From NCBI GenBank assembly GCA_964426735.1, contig CAYRRP010000003.1:77378-141377 (forward strand): a stretch of DNA of 64,000 bases. Direction: 5' to 3'. Numbering within the stretch: position 1 is the stretch's first letter; every line of letters begins with the position of its first letter. The position numbers and the translations under genes were made by a program. Positions 17,991-26,807 of the stretch are shown one piece after another. The notes below the pieces were generated by a model. The model worked only from the letters and a program-made list of their open reading frames with translations. It had not been told where the DNA came from and ran no database searches. Source of the DNA: an uncultured Candidatus Saccharibacteria bacterium (lineage in GTDB: Bacteria > Patescibacteriota > Minisyncoccia > Phycocordibacterales > DATDWN01).

Positions 17991-19782
17991 TTACCAGTAT
18001 AACATCTTGTAACTTCCAACTACTGTTAACAATGAGTGGAATCGTCTGAGTTTCATAACCTGTTTTAGTCACCCGAAGACTATATGTACCATCTGAAAGA
18101 CCTGTAAACACCACTTGACCTGGTGGAGTACATGAAGCGGTAAATGTAAATGCAATATCAGAAATATTCGGTGAACGACTCGTATCATCTGTATGGAGGT
18201 AGAGTTTGTATCTTAAATAACGTTTACCACTCGCCGATGAATGTATCGTACGGTTTGCAGTTGTGAAGTAGGTTGCATTTGTACCATCTGGCCCTACATA
18301 ATCCCATGTACCACCATCATCGTTTGTTGCAATCTGAAAACGTACAGCATTTGCACCCGTACTTGTCGCCTGATCCATCGGAGACCATACGATTTCTTGA
18401 AAATTTGAAACTCCGCCAGTATCAAAAGAAGATGATGTCAATGTTCCATCTGTTTGATACTGTCCGAGAATATATTTTAATGTTAAATCACCTGCTGGAT
18501 TATTGATTTCTATATTTCCATCACTACTTAAATACTGTGACATATTTGTTGATGTTGCTTGTCCTCCACCTGATGACCAGTTTGTTTGTACTAAAGAACC
18601 TTTACCGGTCACACGTGTTGCCAACACAGCACCACCAGAAGAAAGGAGTTCAACTGTAGCATCAGCAAGTGGTAGTGATGAAGCACTATCACGTACAGCC
18701 ACCAGTACTGTCTCTGGATCTTTTGGTGCAACAACAAGATCTACTTGTTGTGATGCGTCAGGGGAAAGCAAAAAAGAAATGAGAGGGTTTGCTCCAATCA
18801 AATCATACGTTCCTGATGTCATGGCGAGTGCGTAAGTATCCCACTCCATATTCGACAAAGAGACAGAACCTGAACCACCTGTTGAGTGACTCTGATCATA
18901 TTTAAGAATCACAGGGTTTGTTCCAATTGTTTTTGTGCCTGTTAAGGTGATTGGTATATTGGTTACTGTTGTACAGTTTGATGCGAAACTATTTACAGAT
19001 AATGTACTCAACTCATCAATAATAAAACTCTGCGCTGTTACTTGTTGCAACACCACGGTTGCATGAGGTTTGGTTGGGTTTGGGTTTGCAACCGTAATCG
19101 GATAGGTGCGTTCAGTAGAATACCCTGATTTAGTAACGGTAATTTCATATGCATTAATACCTGGAGGAGCGTCCACGATAGCGAGCAATCCATCATTATT
19201 GGTCACGTCATCAATCGAGATCGTACTTGTGGCACTATTGTTCTCTATATGCACACTTGCTTGTGGTACAGGATTGCCGTTTGCATCAAACACACGAATA
19301 AACAATGCTCCATTTGTTGATGCAGTTTCAAGACTTTTAGGAGCAACTCGTGATGTTACACTCACGGGTTTAAAATTACGACACAATACACATCCGATTT
19401 CTATTTCAACAACCTTAGAATCTGCGGGCGAAAGGTCATTTGGACTACCGCCAAGCGTTCCATCAAATGGATCATCAAAATTTCGTACTGTAGTCGTGGC
19501 GATAAATGTCGTCCCGTCTCGAACCAACGTCTGCACATGAGTCAACAAACCATCCGGAATACCTCCATCAATACCCACACTTGCATACGGAAGATTTTTT
19601 ACAATTTCCAACTGTTCGTTTGCCAAGTCGATAGCAGCAATCTTTTGTCGTGACACAGATACTGCTTGGTAAATAGAAGTATATGCATTGTATACACCAA
19701 CAATAATAATGGTAAACACAGAAACCCCCACCAGAAGCTCTATAAGCGTAAAACCTTTTTTATTTTTGATGTAATTTTGCAT
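17983..19782 (-). CDS. Large (599 aa) type IV pilin-like protein with carboxypeptidase-regulatory-like beta domains
   Basis: Prepilin N-terminus KKG/FTLIELLVGVSVF. Repeated beta-sandwich-like segments include VHIENNSATS...VTKSGYSTE, ATVELLSSGG and LRVTKTGYETQ. Confidence 0.8.
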   Translation of the reverse strand: MQNYIKNKKGFTLIELLVGVSVFTIIIVGVYNAYTSIYQAVSVSRQKIAAIDLANEQLEIVKNLPYASVGIDGGIPDGLLTHVQTLVRDGTTFIATTTVRNFDDPFDGTLGGSPNDLSPADSKVVEIEIGCVLCRNFKPVSVTSRVAPKSLETASTNGALFIRVFDANGNPVPQASVHIENNSATSTISIDDVTNNDGLLAIVDAPPGINAYEITVTKSGYSTERTYPITVANPNPTKPHATVVLQQVTAQSFIIDELSTLSVNSFASNCTTVTNIPITLTGTKTIGTNPVILKYDQSHSTGGSGSVSLSNMEWDTYALAMTSGTYDLIGANPLISFLLSPDASQQVDLVVAPKDPETVLVAVRDSASSLPLADATVELLSSGGAVLATRVTGKGSLVQTNWSSGGGQATSTNMSQYLSSDGNIEINNPAGDLTLKYILGQYQTDGTLTSSSFDTGGVSNFQEIVWSPMDQATSTGANAVRFQIATNDDGGTWDYVGPDGTNATYFTTANRTIHSSASGKRYLRYKLYLHTDDTSRSPNISDIAFTFTASCTPPGQVVFTGLSDGTYSLRVTKTGYETQTIPLIVNSSWKLQDVILVSE

Positions 19783-19810
19783 TTTTATCTTCTCGAATAA
19801 TTACGAACCA

Positions 19811-19920
19811 ATAAAATTGCTTTAGGTGCGCGGCGCAAGAAGGTTTTGGAGCGAGCCTTACTTGTCGTAAGGCAAGTGGCAAAACTTGAATTGCAACAAA
19901 GCAGATGAAGTGATTTTATT
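19811..19920. repeat. Imperfect-palindrome intergenic element (subfamily with 39031-39139 and 40303-40409)
   Basis: The apex is CCTTAC-TTGTC-GTAAGG (19856-19872). The arms are AAAATTGCTTTAGGTGCGCG.. and ..CAAAGCAGATGAAGTGATTTT. It lies between pilC and the pilin genes. Confidence 0.6.
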
Positions 19921-19930
19921 GTGTTCGCGG

Positions 19931-21145
19931 TTAGATTGCATCAGCAAGACTATACGTAGGAGCAAGCATTGAAATAGCAAATATTCCCACCGCTGCACCG
20001 ATCACAATCATAAGCACAGGTTCAATCACAGAAGACATGTCTTTTGTCTTCTGATCTACTTCATCCTCATAAAACTGAGCTACTCCAACCAACATATCCC
20101 CTATTTTTCCTGTTTCCTCACCTACCGAAACCATTTCTCCTACGAAAATAGGGTAAAGATCTTCATGTTTTAAAAAGATTGCAGACATTAATTCTCCTTT
20201 CTGAATCACCTGCTCAATATTATCAAGCACAGCTTTATAATAGGTATTTTGAATAACCTCTTTTGTGACAGAAATAGCGACCACAATATCCACACCTGAG
20301 CTAATAAGTGACGAGAGTGTACGTGCGGTACGTGCCGAATTAACTTGTTTTACAATATCTCCAATCACGGGAGTATGTAATGCAACATAATCAGATAATC
20401 GTTTTCCTTTTGTTGTTCTTAATCCATAATATACACCTGCACACAAAGCAATTACTCCACCAATCATCACGAGAAAATAGTCTTTCATGATATCACTGAT
20501 ACCAATAATGATTCGTGTAGACAACGGGAGCTTAATACCGAGACCTTTAAACGTTTCTGTGAGTGTTGGAACCATGTATACCATCATCAATACACCGATC
20601 ACCGCCATCAGAGAAAAAATAACTGCAGGATACATCATTGCTCCTTTGATTTTCTTATTCAACTGATATGTCTTTTCCATCTGGTTTGAAATATTCTTGA
20701 GTGCAAGAATAAGGTTTCCAGATTCTTCACCTGCACGCACCATTGAAATAAACAAGGTTGAAAATACCTCTGGATAGGCCTTCATTGCTTCAGAGAGAGT
20801 AACACCTTTACTGATTTCTTCTTCAAGAGAGGTGAGGATTTTTTTAAACTGACCTTTTGACTGCCTGCCCATAATAGATATTGCTCGAGTAATCGGAAGT
20901 CCTGCCTCAATCATAGAAGAAAGATTTCGTGCAAACACGATCTTGTCATGAGTTTTTACTTTTCCTGAAAATGGCATCGAAAAAGATCCTGAGAAAAACT
21001 TTTGAGTATGTACTTCGGATGACGAAAGCACCTGTCCCCCTTCTTTTTTTATATCTCTATATAAAGAAAATTTATCGGGAGCTTCTTTTACTCCTTCATA
21101 TTCTTTACCTTCTGCATCAATTGCTTTGTATTTATATTGTGACAT
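19931..21145 (-). CDS. pilC: Type IV pilus platform protein PilC (GspF family)
   Basis: 404 aa with two GspF-like repeats and 3 TM segments. It lies adjacent to pilB. Confidence 0.92.
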   Translation of the reverse strand: MSQYKYKAIDAEGKEYEGVKEAPDKFSLYRDIKKEGGQVLSSSEVHTQKFFSGSFSMPFSGKVKTHDKIVFARNLSSMIEAGLPITRAISIMGRQSKGQFKKILTSLEEEISKGVTLSEAMKAYPEVFSTLFISMVRAGEESGNLILALKNISNQMEKTYQLNKKIKGAMMYPAVIFSLMAVIGVLMMVYMVPTLTETFKGLGIKLPLSTRIIIGISDIMKDYFLVMIGGVIALCAGVYYGLRTTKGKRLSDYVALHTPVIGDIVKQVNSARTARTLSSLISSGVDIVVAISVTKEVIQNTYYKAVLDNIEQVIQKGELMSAIFLKHEDLYPIFVGEMVSVGEETGKIGDMLVGVAQFYEDEVDQKTKDMSSVIEPVLMIVIGAAVGIFAISMLAPTYSLADAI

Positions 21146-21188
21146 ATATATTAAAACTGATGATTTACAAATTTGTAAATCATATTAT

Positions 21189-22940
21189 TTATTCTGAAAT
21201 TACACGAAGCACCTCTTCTATTGTAGTTGTACCTTGTACAGCCTGAAAAATACCATCTTCAATCATAGTGAGCATACCTTCTTTTTCTGCCTGTTTTTGT
21301 ATTTCATCTGCAGTTCCACCTTTCATAATAATTTCCTTAATCGCTGGTGATACTTTTAATATTTCATGGATACCTGCTCGTCCACCATATCCATCAGCAT
21401 CAGCAGTACCCTTCTTTGGTCTAAAGAATGGTATTTTTTCCCAATTATCACTTTTGCCAATTATTTTTTCAGCACGAAGTGCCTCGGCGATTTTATCAAG
21501 ATTTACCGACTTACCAAGAGTGTCGACTTCAGACTTTGTAAGAAAATATTTTTCTTTTGATTCTTCAGTTAACCGTCGCACCAAACGCTGCGCAATAATA
21601 ATATTGATAGTCGACACAAGCAAAAATGGCTCAACTTTCATATCGATAAGACGAGGAATAGCTCCTGCAGCACTGTTGGTGTGCAAGGTTGAGAGCACCA
21701 CGTGTCCTGTCAGTGATGCATTGATTGCTAGAGACGCTGTTTCATTATCTCGAATCTCTCCCACCATAATAATATCCGGGTCTTGTCGTACAAGTGTTCG
21801 AAGTCCTGAAGAAAACGTAAACCCTATTTCTGGACGAACCTGTGTCTGATTAATACGTTTCATCTGATATTCCACCGGGTCCTCGATAGTTGAGATGTTT
21901 ACATCAGGAGTATTGAGCATATCGAGAATAGTATAGAGAGTTGTAGTTTTACCAGATCCTGTAGGACCTGTAGTCAAAATCATTCCTGTTGTTGATTTGA
22001 TTGCTTTATGAATACGCTCAAGACCTTCTCCATGAAAATGAAGTTTCTCGAGAGTAAAGCCTGATACGGTTTCTCGAAGTAAACGCATTACGGTCTTTTC
22101 TCCATAATATGTCGGGAGTGTTGAGACACGAAAAGATACTTTCTCACCGTTCATATCAATCTTAAAACGACCATCTTGAGGAAGACGCTTTTCATCGAGC
22201 TTGAGACTTGCGAGCACTTTTATACGAGCACTAATAGACGGCGCAACATTTTTAGGTAGCACCATCGCATCATGAAGCAGACCATCAATACGGTATCGTA
22301 CCAAAAGCTCTGTTTCCATCGGCTCAATATGAATATCGGATGCATCTTGCAAGATTGCATGTTTCAAAAGCGTATCAACAATACGCACCACTGGCACATC
22401 ATCTGCCAATTTTTTCAAATCACTTTCTGAAACATCTTCCTCTAAATCCTCAACTTTTTTAAGAGAAAGGGCGTCCTTTTGAATCAGATCACCAAACTCA
22501 GCCTTCAAACTTTTTTGATACTGCAACAGTGCTGATTTCATTGATTCCCCATCAGTAAGACGTGGAAGAATTTTAAGACCTACCTTCTTTTTAACGAAAT
22601 CAATAGCTGTCAAATCTTCAGTATCAAGCATCGCTACCTCAAGTGCAGTGTCTGTTTTTTTGAATGCAACAATATTATGGTTGCGTGCGATAGGTTCTGG
22701 GATCAATGAGAGGACTTCAAAATCAAGTTTTTCACCCTTCAAGTCAACAAAGGGGATACCGAGAATATATGCTTGCATTCGACGAAGGTCATCTTCCGTT
22801 AGTTTACCTTTACTCACCAATATCTTCCCCAACCCTTCACCTGATTCTTCACCTTCTTTGGCCGCAGCAGTAACCTCAGCACGAGATACAAGACCTGAGT
22901 CAATAATGAAATCTTTAAGTTGTGTTTCTTCAATGTGCAT
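21189..22940 (-). CDS. pilB: Type IV pilus assembly ATPase PilB (GspE family)
   Basis: 583 aa. It has Walker A GPTGSGKTTT, MVGEIRD, and an N-terminal GSPII_E_N-like domain. Confidence 0.93.
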   Translation of the reverse strand: MHIEETQLKDFIIDSGLVSRAEVTAAAKEGEESGEGLGKILVSKGKLTEDDLRRMQAYILGIPFVDLKGEKLDFEVLSLIPEPIARNHNIVAFKKTDTALEVAMLDTEDLTAIDFVKKKVGLKILPRLTDGESMKSALLQYQKSLKAEFGDLIQKDALSLKKVEDLEEDVSESDLKKLADDVPVVRIVDTLLKHAILQDASDIHIEPMETELLVRYRIDGLLHDAMVLPKNVAPSISARIKVLASLKLDEKRLPQDGRFKIDMNGEKVSFRVSTLPTYYGEKTVMRLLRETVSGFTLEKLHFHGEGLERIHKAIKSTTGMILTTGPTGSGKTTTLYTILDMLNTPDVNISTIEDPVEYQMKRINQTQVRPEIGFTFSSGLRTLVRQDPDIIMVGEIRDNETASLAINASLTGHVVLSTLHTNSAAGAIPRLIDMKVEPFLLVSTINIIIAQRLVRRLTEESKEKYFLTKSEVDTLGKSVNLDKIAEALRAEKIIGKSDNWEKIPFFRPKKGTADADGYGGRAGIHEILKVSPAIKEIIMKGGTADEIQKQAEKEGMLTMIEDGIFQAVQGTTTIEEVLRVISE

Positions 22941-23091
22941 AGGAAAGTAAAAAGTCCATAAAGTTGAAAGTCCTTAAAGTCGGAACTCAAACTTTGAATT
23001 ACATTTAGTATATCAAAAAAGTAGTTTTCTCTAGTGTAAAAATGTGTACAAGAAAAGCCGGCCTAACATCATTAAACCGGCTTTCAGATCT

Positions 23092-23382
23092 TCACCCCCA
23101 TCCAAATCCTTTGTGATTCATTAACCACAAACCTACCCCTAGAAAAATTAGCCCATCCAAGCATTTAAACCCAGTTGGCACATCAAGACCAAGTCGGTAT
23201 GCGGTCGCGGTTAGCCAAAGACAGGTGGCCACTTGGAATCCAACTTGCTGGTCGACAAAGTACACACAGACTATGGCAACCGCGGACAATAGAGCGCAGA
23301 GCTTTTCCTTCACATCTGCACCTTCTCTAAAGAAAAACCAACCCTGTAAAAACAAGGTAAAAAGCAGAACAATCTCAAGCAT
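23092..23382 (-). CDS. Hypothetical small membrane protein
   Basis: 96 aa with three hydrophobic helices. No motif recognised. Confidence 0.5.
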   Translation of the reverse strand: MLEIVLLFTLFLQGWFFFREGADVKEKLCALLSAVAIVCVYFVDQQVGFQVATCLWLTATAYRLGLDVPTGFKCLDGLIFLGVGLWLMNHKGFGWG

Positions 23383-23469
23383 CGTAAGAACTCCTTCCTT
23401 ATATAACTATACATAATTAGGTTGATTTGACAATTTTTACCACTACTGTATTATATATGTATCTGACAA

Positions 23470-23498
23470 GTCCGCCCGAAAGGCGGGCACGTTTTTTT
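23470..23498 (+). terminator. Promoter-proximal intrinsic terminator in the nusA leader
   Basis: GUCCGCC-cgaaa-GGCGGGC followed by U7. It sits about 10 nt downstream of a TTGACA(23427)-16-TATTAT(23449) promoter. Confidence 0.7.
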
Positions 23499-23529
23499 AA
23501 AAAATTATCAACATTCCAATTAATCACAA

Positions 23530-23648
23530 GCGGTTCAGATACGCCAGATTTCGAGGCAAAATTTGAAAAATCGAGGAGTCATACTTAATAGTACAGTGAC
23601 GAGCATTTTTTAAATTTTAACAAAGAAAGCTGGCAGTATATGAGACGC
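23530..23648. repeat. Imperfect-palindrome intergenic element in the nusA leader
   Basis: Arms GCGGTTCAGATACGCCAG...AAAATTTGAAAAAT and ATTTTTTAAATTTT...CTGGCAGTATATGAGACGC. The apex is CATAC-TTAATA-GTACAG. Confidence 0.5.
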
Positions 23649-23658
23649 GTAACATATT

Positions 23659-24870
23659 ATGTTTGATTTAAAAGTAATCCATTCAGTTTTAACACAACTC
23701 GAAGAAGAGCGAGGTATTCCTCAAGCAAAAATTATTGAGGCTATTGAGCTCGCACTCGCAACTGCATATAAAAAAGAATATGGCAAAAAAGGCCAGATTG
23801 TTCGCGCTAAATTTGATATAAACTCAGGTGCAGTTGAAATGTACCAAGTTAAAATCGTTGTTGATGAGTCAACAGTCGTTATGGAGCTTGCAGACGATGC
23901 TGATCTCCCAGAAGGCATGGAGCTCTACAACCCAGAACACCACATGTTACTCGCCGATGCCAAACTCATCAAAAAGGATGCGGTACTCGGTGAAGAAATA
24001 GTCTTTCCACTCGAAGATAAGGCTGATTATAGCCGTATCGCAGCACAAACCGCAAAACAGGTAATCATGCAGAAAATCCGTGAAGCAGAAAAAGTGTCTG
24101 TACTTGGTGAATACGGTAAACGAGAAGGTGAGATTGTCACTGGTACTGTACAACGTATTGAACGAGGAAATATCTTTGTCGACATGGGTCGTGCAACTGG
24201 TCTACTTTCATACGAAGAGCAAATCCCTGGAGAACGATATGGTCAAGGTGAACGTGTACGAGCATACATGTACAGAGTAGAAGACTCAGGAAAAGGTGTA
24301 TTTTTGCGACTTTCACGTTCACATCCAAAATTCCTCGAGAAACTCTTTGAAGCAGAAGCTCCAGAGCTTGCAACAGGTGCAGTCGTAGTAAAATCAATCG
24401 CACGTGAAGCAGGTTCACGAACCAAGATCGCTGTTGCTTCAACTGATGAACATATTGACCCTGTGGGTTCTATGGTAGGTCAGCGTGGAGTACGTGTGGC
24501 GACTGTAATGTCTGAGCTTGGTGGCGAAAAAATTGATATTATCGAATGGAATGCAGATGCGAAGAAATTTATCGAAGAAGCCCTCTCTCCTGCAAAAATC
24601 CTTTCGATTGAGATCAATGAAGCTGACAAGTCAGCTAAAGTAGCAGTATCTCCAGACCAACAGTCACTTGCTATCGGAAAAGGTGGACAAAATGTACGTT
24701 TGGCAGCAAAACTCACTGGTTGGAGAATCGACATCCAGTCAGATGGCTCTACAGAGCCATTAGTAAGCGCAAGTGCAGCTCCAGTAGAAGCAGTTGCTGA
24801 CTCAGATGAAGGTTTTGCAGATATCTCAAGCCTAAAAGCTGATGCTCAAGAGGCAGAGAAGCAAGATTAA
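23659..24870 (+). CDS. nusA: Transcription termination/antitermination factor NusA
   Basis: 403 aa with N-terminal, S1 (GEIVTGTVQRIERGNIFVDMG) and two KH domains (GQRGVRV, IGKGGQNVRLA). Confidence 0.95.
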   Translation: MFDLKVIHSVLTQLEEERGIPQAKIIEAIELALATAYKKEYGKKGQIVRAKFDINSGAVEMYQVKIVVDESTVVMELADDADLPEGMELYNPEHHMLLADAKLIKKDAVLGEEIVFPLEDKADYSRIAAQTAKQVIMQKIREAEKVSVLGEYGKREGEIVTGTVQRIERGNIFVDMGRATGLLSYEEQIPGERYGQGERVRAYMYRVEDSGKGVFLRLSRSHPKFLEKLFEAEAPELATGAVVVKSIAREAGSRTKIAVASTDEHIDPVGSMVGQRGVRVATVMSELGGEKIDIIEWNADAKKFIEEALSPAKILSIEINEADKSAKVAVSPDQQSLAIGKGGQNVRLAAKLTGWRIDIQSDGSTEPLVSASAAPVEAVADSDEGFADISSLKADAQEAEKQD

Positions 24871-24890
24871 AGATTAAGGAATAACTCAAA

Positions 24891-24914
24891 AAACCTCCCC
24901 TAAGGGAGGTTTTT
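24891..24914 (+). terminator. Intrinsic terminator after nusA
   Basis: CCTCCC-ctaa-GGGAGG followed by TTTTT. Confidence 0.8.
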
Positions 24915-24973
24915 GCATCAACTTATTTTTTCCTGTACTATTGACTATTATCTATTAACTAAAGACTACTCTC

Positions 24974-25483
24974 ATGAATTTAATCAAAGAAATCAGTGCG
25001 GGATCAGCCGAAGAGATGAATGTTATCGTCGAAATCCCTAAAGGCTCTAAAAATAAATACGAAATCGACAAAGAAACCGGTCTTATTGCCCTCGACCGAG
25101 TGATGCATACTTCTCAGGATATGCCCTTTGACTATGGTTTTGTACCTCAAACCCTCTGGGAAGACGGTGACCCGCTCGATGTAGTAATCCTCACTACATA
25201 CCCTCTCCATCCTGGTATTTTGGCTAAGGTTCGCCCTGTCGGTATGATGGATATGGTGGATGATGGTGAAAGTGATGTGAAAATCATCGCTGTACCAGTC
25301 AAAGACCCTCGTTTTTCTGAAATAAAAGACCTTTCTGACGTCAACAAACATACAATCAAGGAAATGGAGCACTACTTCACTACCTACAAGAAACTTCAGA
25401 ATAAAGAAGTTATAATCAAAGGTTTCGGCGACAAACAAGCAGCAATGGATGCATTCAACAAAGCGATCGCCGCATTCAAATAA
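24974..25483 (+). CDS. ppa: Inorganic pyrophosphatase (family I)
   Basis: 169 aa. It carries EIPKGSKNKYE, DGDPLDVV and the DDGESDVKIIAVP pattern. Confidence 0.95.
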   Translation: MNLIKEISAGSAEEMNVIVEIPKGSKNKYEIDKETGLIALDRVMHTSQDMPFDYGFVPQTLWEDGDPLDVVILTTYPLHPGILAKVRPVGMMDMVDDGESDVKIIAVPVKDPRFSEIKDLSDVNKHTIKEMEHYFTTYKKLQNKEVIIKGFGDKQAAMDAFNKAIAAFK

Positions 25484-25599
25484 TCACTTCATCACTAATC
25501 CCCAGAAAGACCTGTCTGTAAATATACAGCCAGGTCTTTTACTTATATAATATACAGATAGGTATATGTCGCATATATCTATCTAATCGTAATATACCA

Positions 25600-26361
25600 A
25601 TGAAAAAATACTTATATATATCAATCATAACCTGTGCTCTTGTCTGCGCACCATACGTGTACGCAGAAGATGGTACAACAGGAACAGCAGAAACCACTTC
25701 TGCTACCACACCGACAGGTGCACCAAAACCAAGACCACTCGCTCCTATACGAGAAGTTCGAAAAGAAATTCGAGAAGACCGTAAGGAAATGAATGAAGGG
25801 ATCAGAGAGGATAAAAAAGAGTTTAACGAACAAGTGCGTGAAGACAGAAAAGCACTTGCCTCAAGTACTGCCTCTACAACACCTGCAATGCGAAAAGAAT
25901 TTCGAGAAGGTGTAAAAGAAGATCGTAAAGAGCTTCGTGAAGAAAACAAAGATAAACGAGAAGAATTTCGTGAGGAAAACAAAGATAAACGAAAAAATGC
26001 TCGACTAGAAACTATGGTAACTATCGTAGTAAATCGTCTCAATGCAACAATTACTCGCCTTGAAAAACTTATTGAAAAGCTCGATATGCGTATCGCTAAG
26101 TTTAAAGAAAAAGGTGCTGATGTAACTACTGCAACAGCAGCTTCAACAGAAGCAAAAAATGCAATCGCAAATGCTAAAAGCAAAGTAAGTGGTATCACCG
26201 TACCGACAAGCTCAACTACCGCATCAAGTACTGCTGAAACAATCAAATCAACAGTTAAACTCGTGGAACAAGACCTCAAAATGGCTCGATCTGCTCTCGA
26301 AAAAGCATTAAAAAGTTTTAAAGGTTTAAGCTCTCAAGCAACAACCACACCAACTAATTAA
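25600..26361 (+). CDS. Secreted charged repeat/coiled-coil protein
   Basis: Signal peptide MKKYLYISIITCALVCAPYVYA. It has repeated REDRKE/REENKDKREEF units. Confidence 0.7.
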   Translation: MKKYLYISIITCALVCAPYVYAEDGTTGTAETTSATTPTGAPKPRPLAPIREVRKEIREDRKEMNEGIREDKKEFNEQVREDRKALASSTASTTPAMRKEFREGVKEDRKELREENKDKREEFREENKDKRKNARLETMVTIVVNRLNATITRLEKLIEKLDMRIAKFKEKGADVTTATAASTEAKNAIANAKSKVSGITVPTSSTTASSTAETIKSTVKLVEQDLKMARSALEKALKSFKGLSSQATTTPTN

Positions 26362-26369
26362 TAGTCTCT

Positions 26370-26693
26370 ATGGAAAACGAAACAACAAATCAATTTCAAG
26401 CACCACAAACACCTGCTGAACAGGCTCCGGTAACAATGGTGCCTGAAAAATCTTCAACTAGTGGTATCATCGGCACAATTATTATTATTGCCCTTATTAT
26501 CCTCGGTGGATTATATTTCTGGGGTAAACGTATCAGTACTCAACAAGAAACAGCATCCCTTATCAATCAAGAACAAGTTGCTGCTCAGGAAGCGGCGGCG
26601 ATCCAGGCGGTAAGTACAAGTGATGAGGTAGATACGCTTCAAGCAGAACTTGATGCAACCATCACCTCTGATCTTGGTGCCGAACTCGAATAG
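26370..26693 (+). CDS. Hypothetical single-pass membrane protein
   Basis: 107 aa with the TM helix GIIGTIIIIALIILGGLYFWG. Confidence 0.6.
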   Translation: MENETTNQFQAPQTPAEQAPVTMVPEKSSTSGIIGTIIIIALIILGGLYFWGKRISTQQETASLINQEQVAAQEAAAIQAVSTSDEVDTLQAELDATITSDLGAELE

Positions 26694-26754
26694 AGCACAA
26701 TCACTCTATAATACTTTTGTAAAAACCTCGTGTAACGAGGTTTTTACTTGCTTT

Positions 26755-26803
26755 ATTCGTAAAAATTCGTATCATTCGTATATTCGTTAATTCGTATATT
26801 TAT
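26755..26803 (+). promoter_or_regulatory. Array of five ATTCGT(A) heptamers ending in the 14-mer ATTCGTATATTTAT, upstream of tig
   Basis: ATTCGT starts at 26755, 26765, 26774, 26782 and 26790, giving spacings of 10, 9, 8 and 8. The 14-mer at 26790-26803 lies 4 nt before the ATG. Confidence 0.5.
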
Positions 26804-26807
26804 AACT

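Noticed and set aside
21268-21849. 193-aa + strand ORF, with similar ORFs at 22648..22950 and 18503..19540.
   Set aside because: They are antisense to pilB and the large pilin gene, whose identities are secure. They are shadow ORFs.
25539-26279. 246-aa ORF on the minus strand, antisense to 25600..26361.
   Set aside because: It is a Ser/Arg/Phe-rich low-complexity mirror of the K/E/R repeat gene. The + strand ORF has a signal peptide and sensible context, so the antisense frame is an artefact of the repeat composition.
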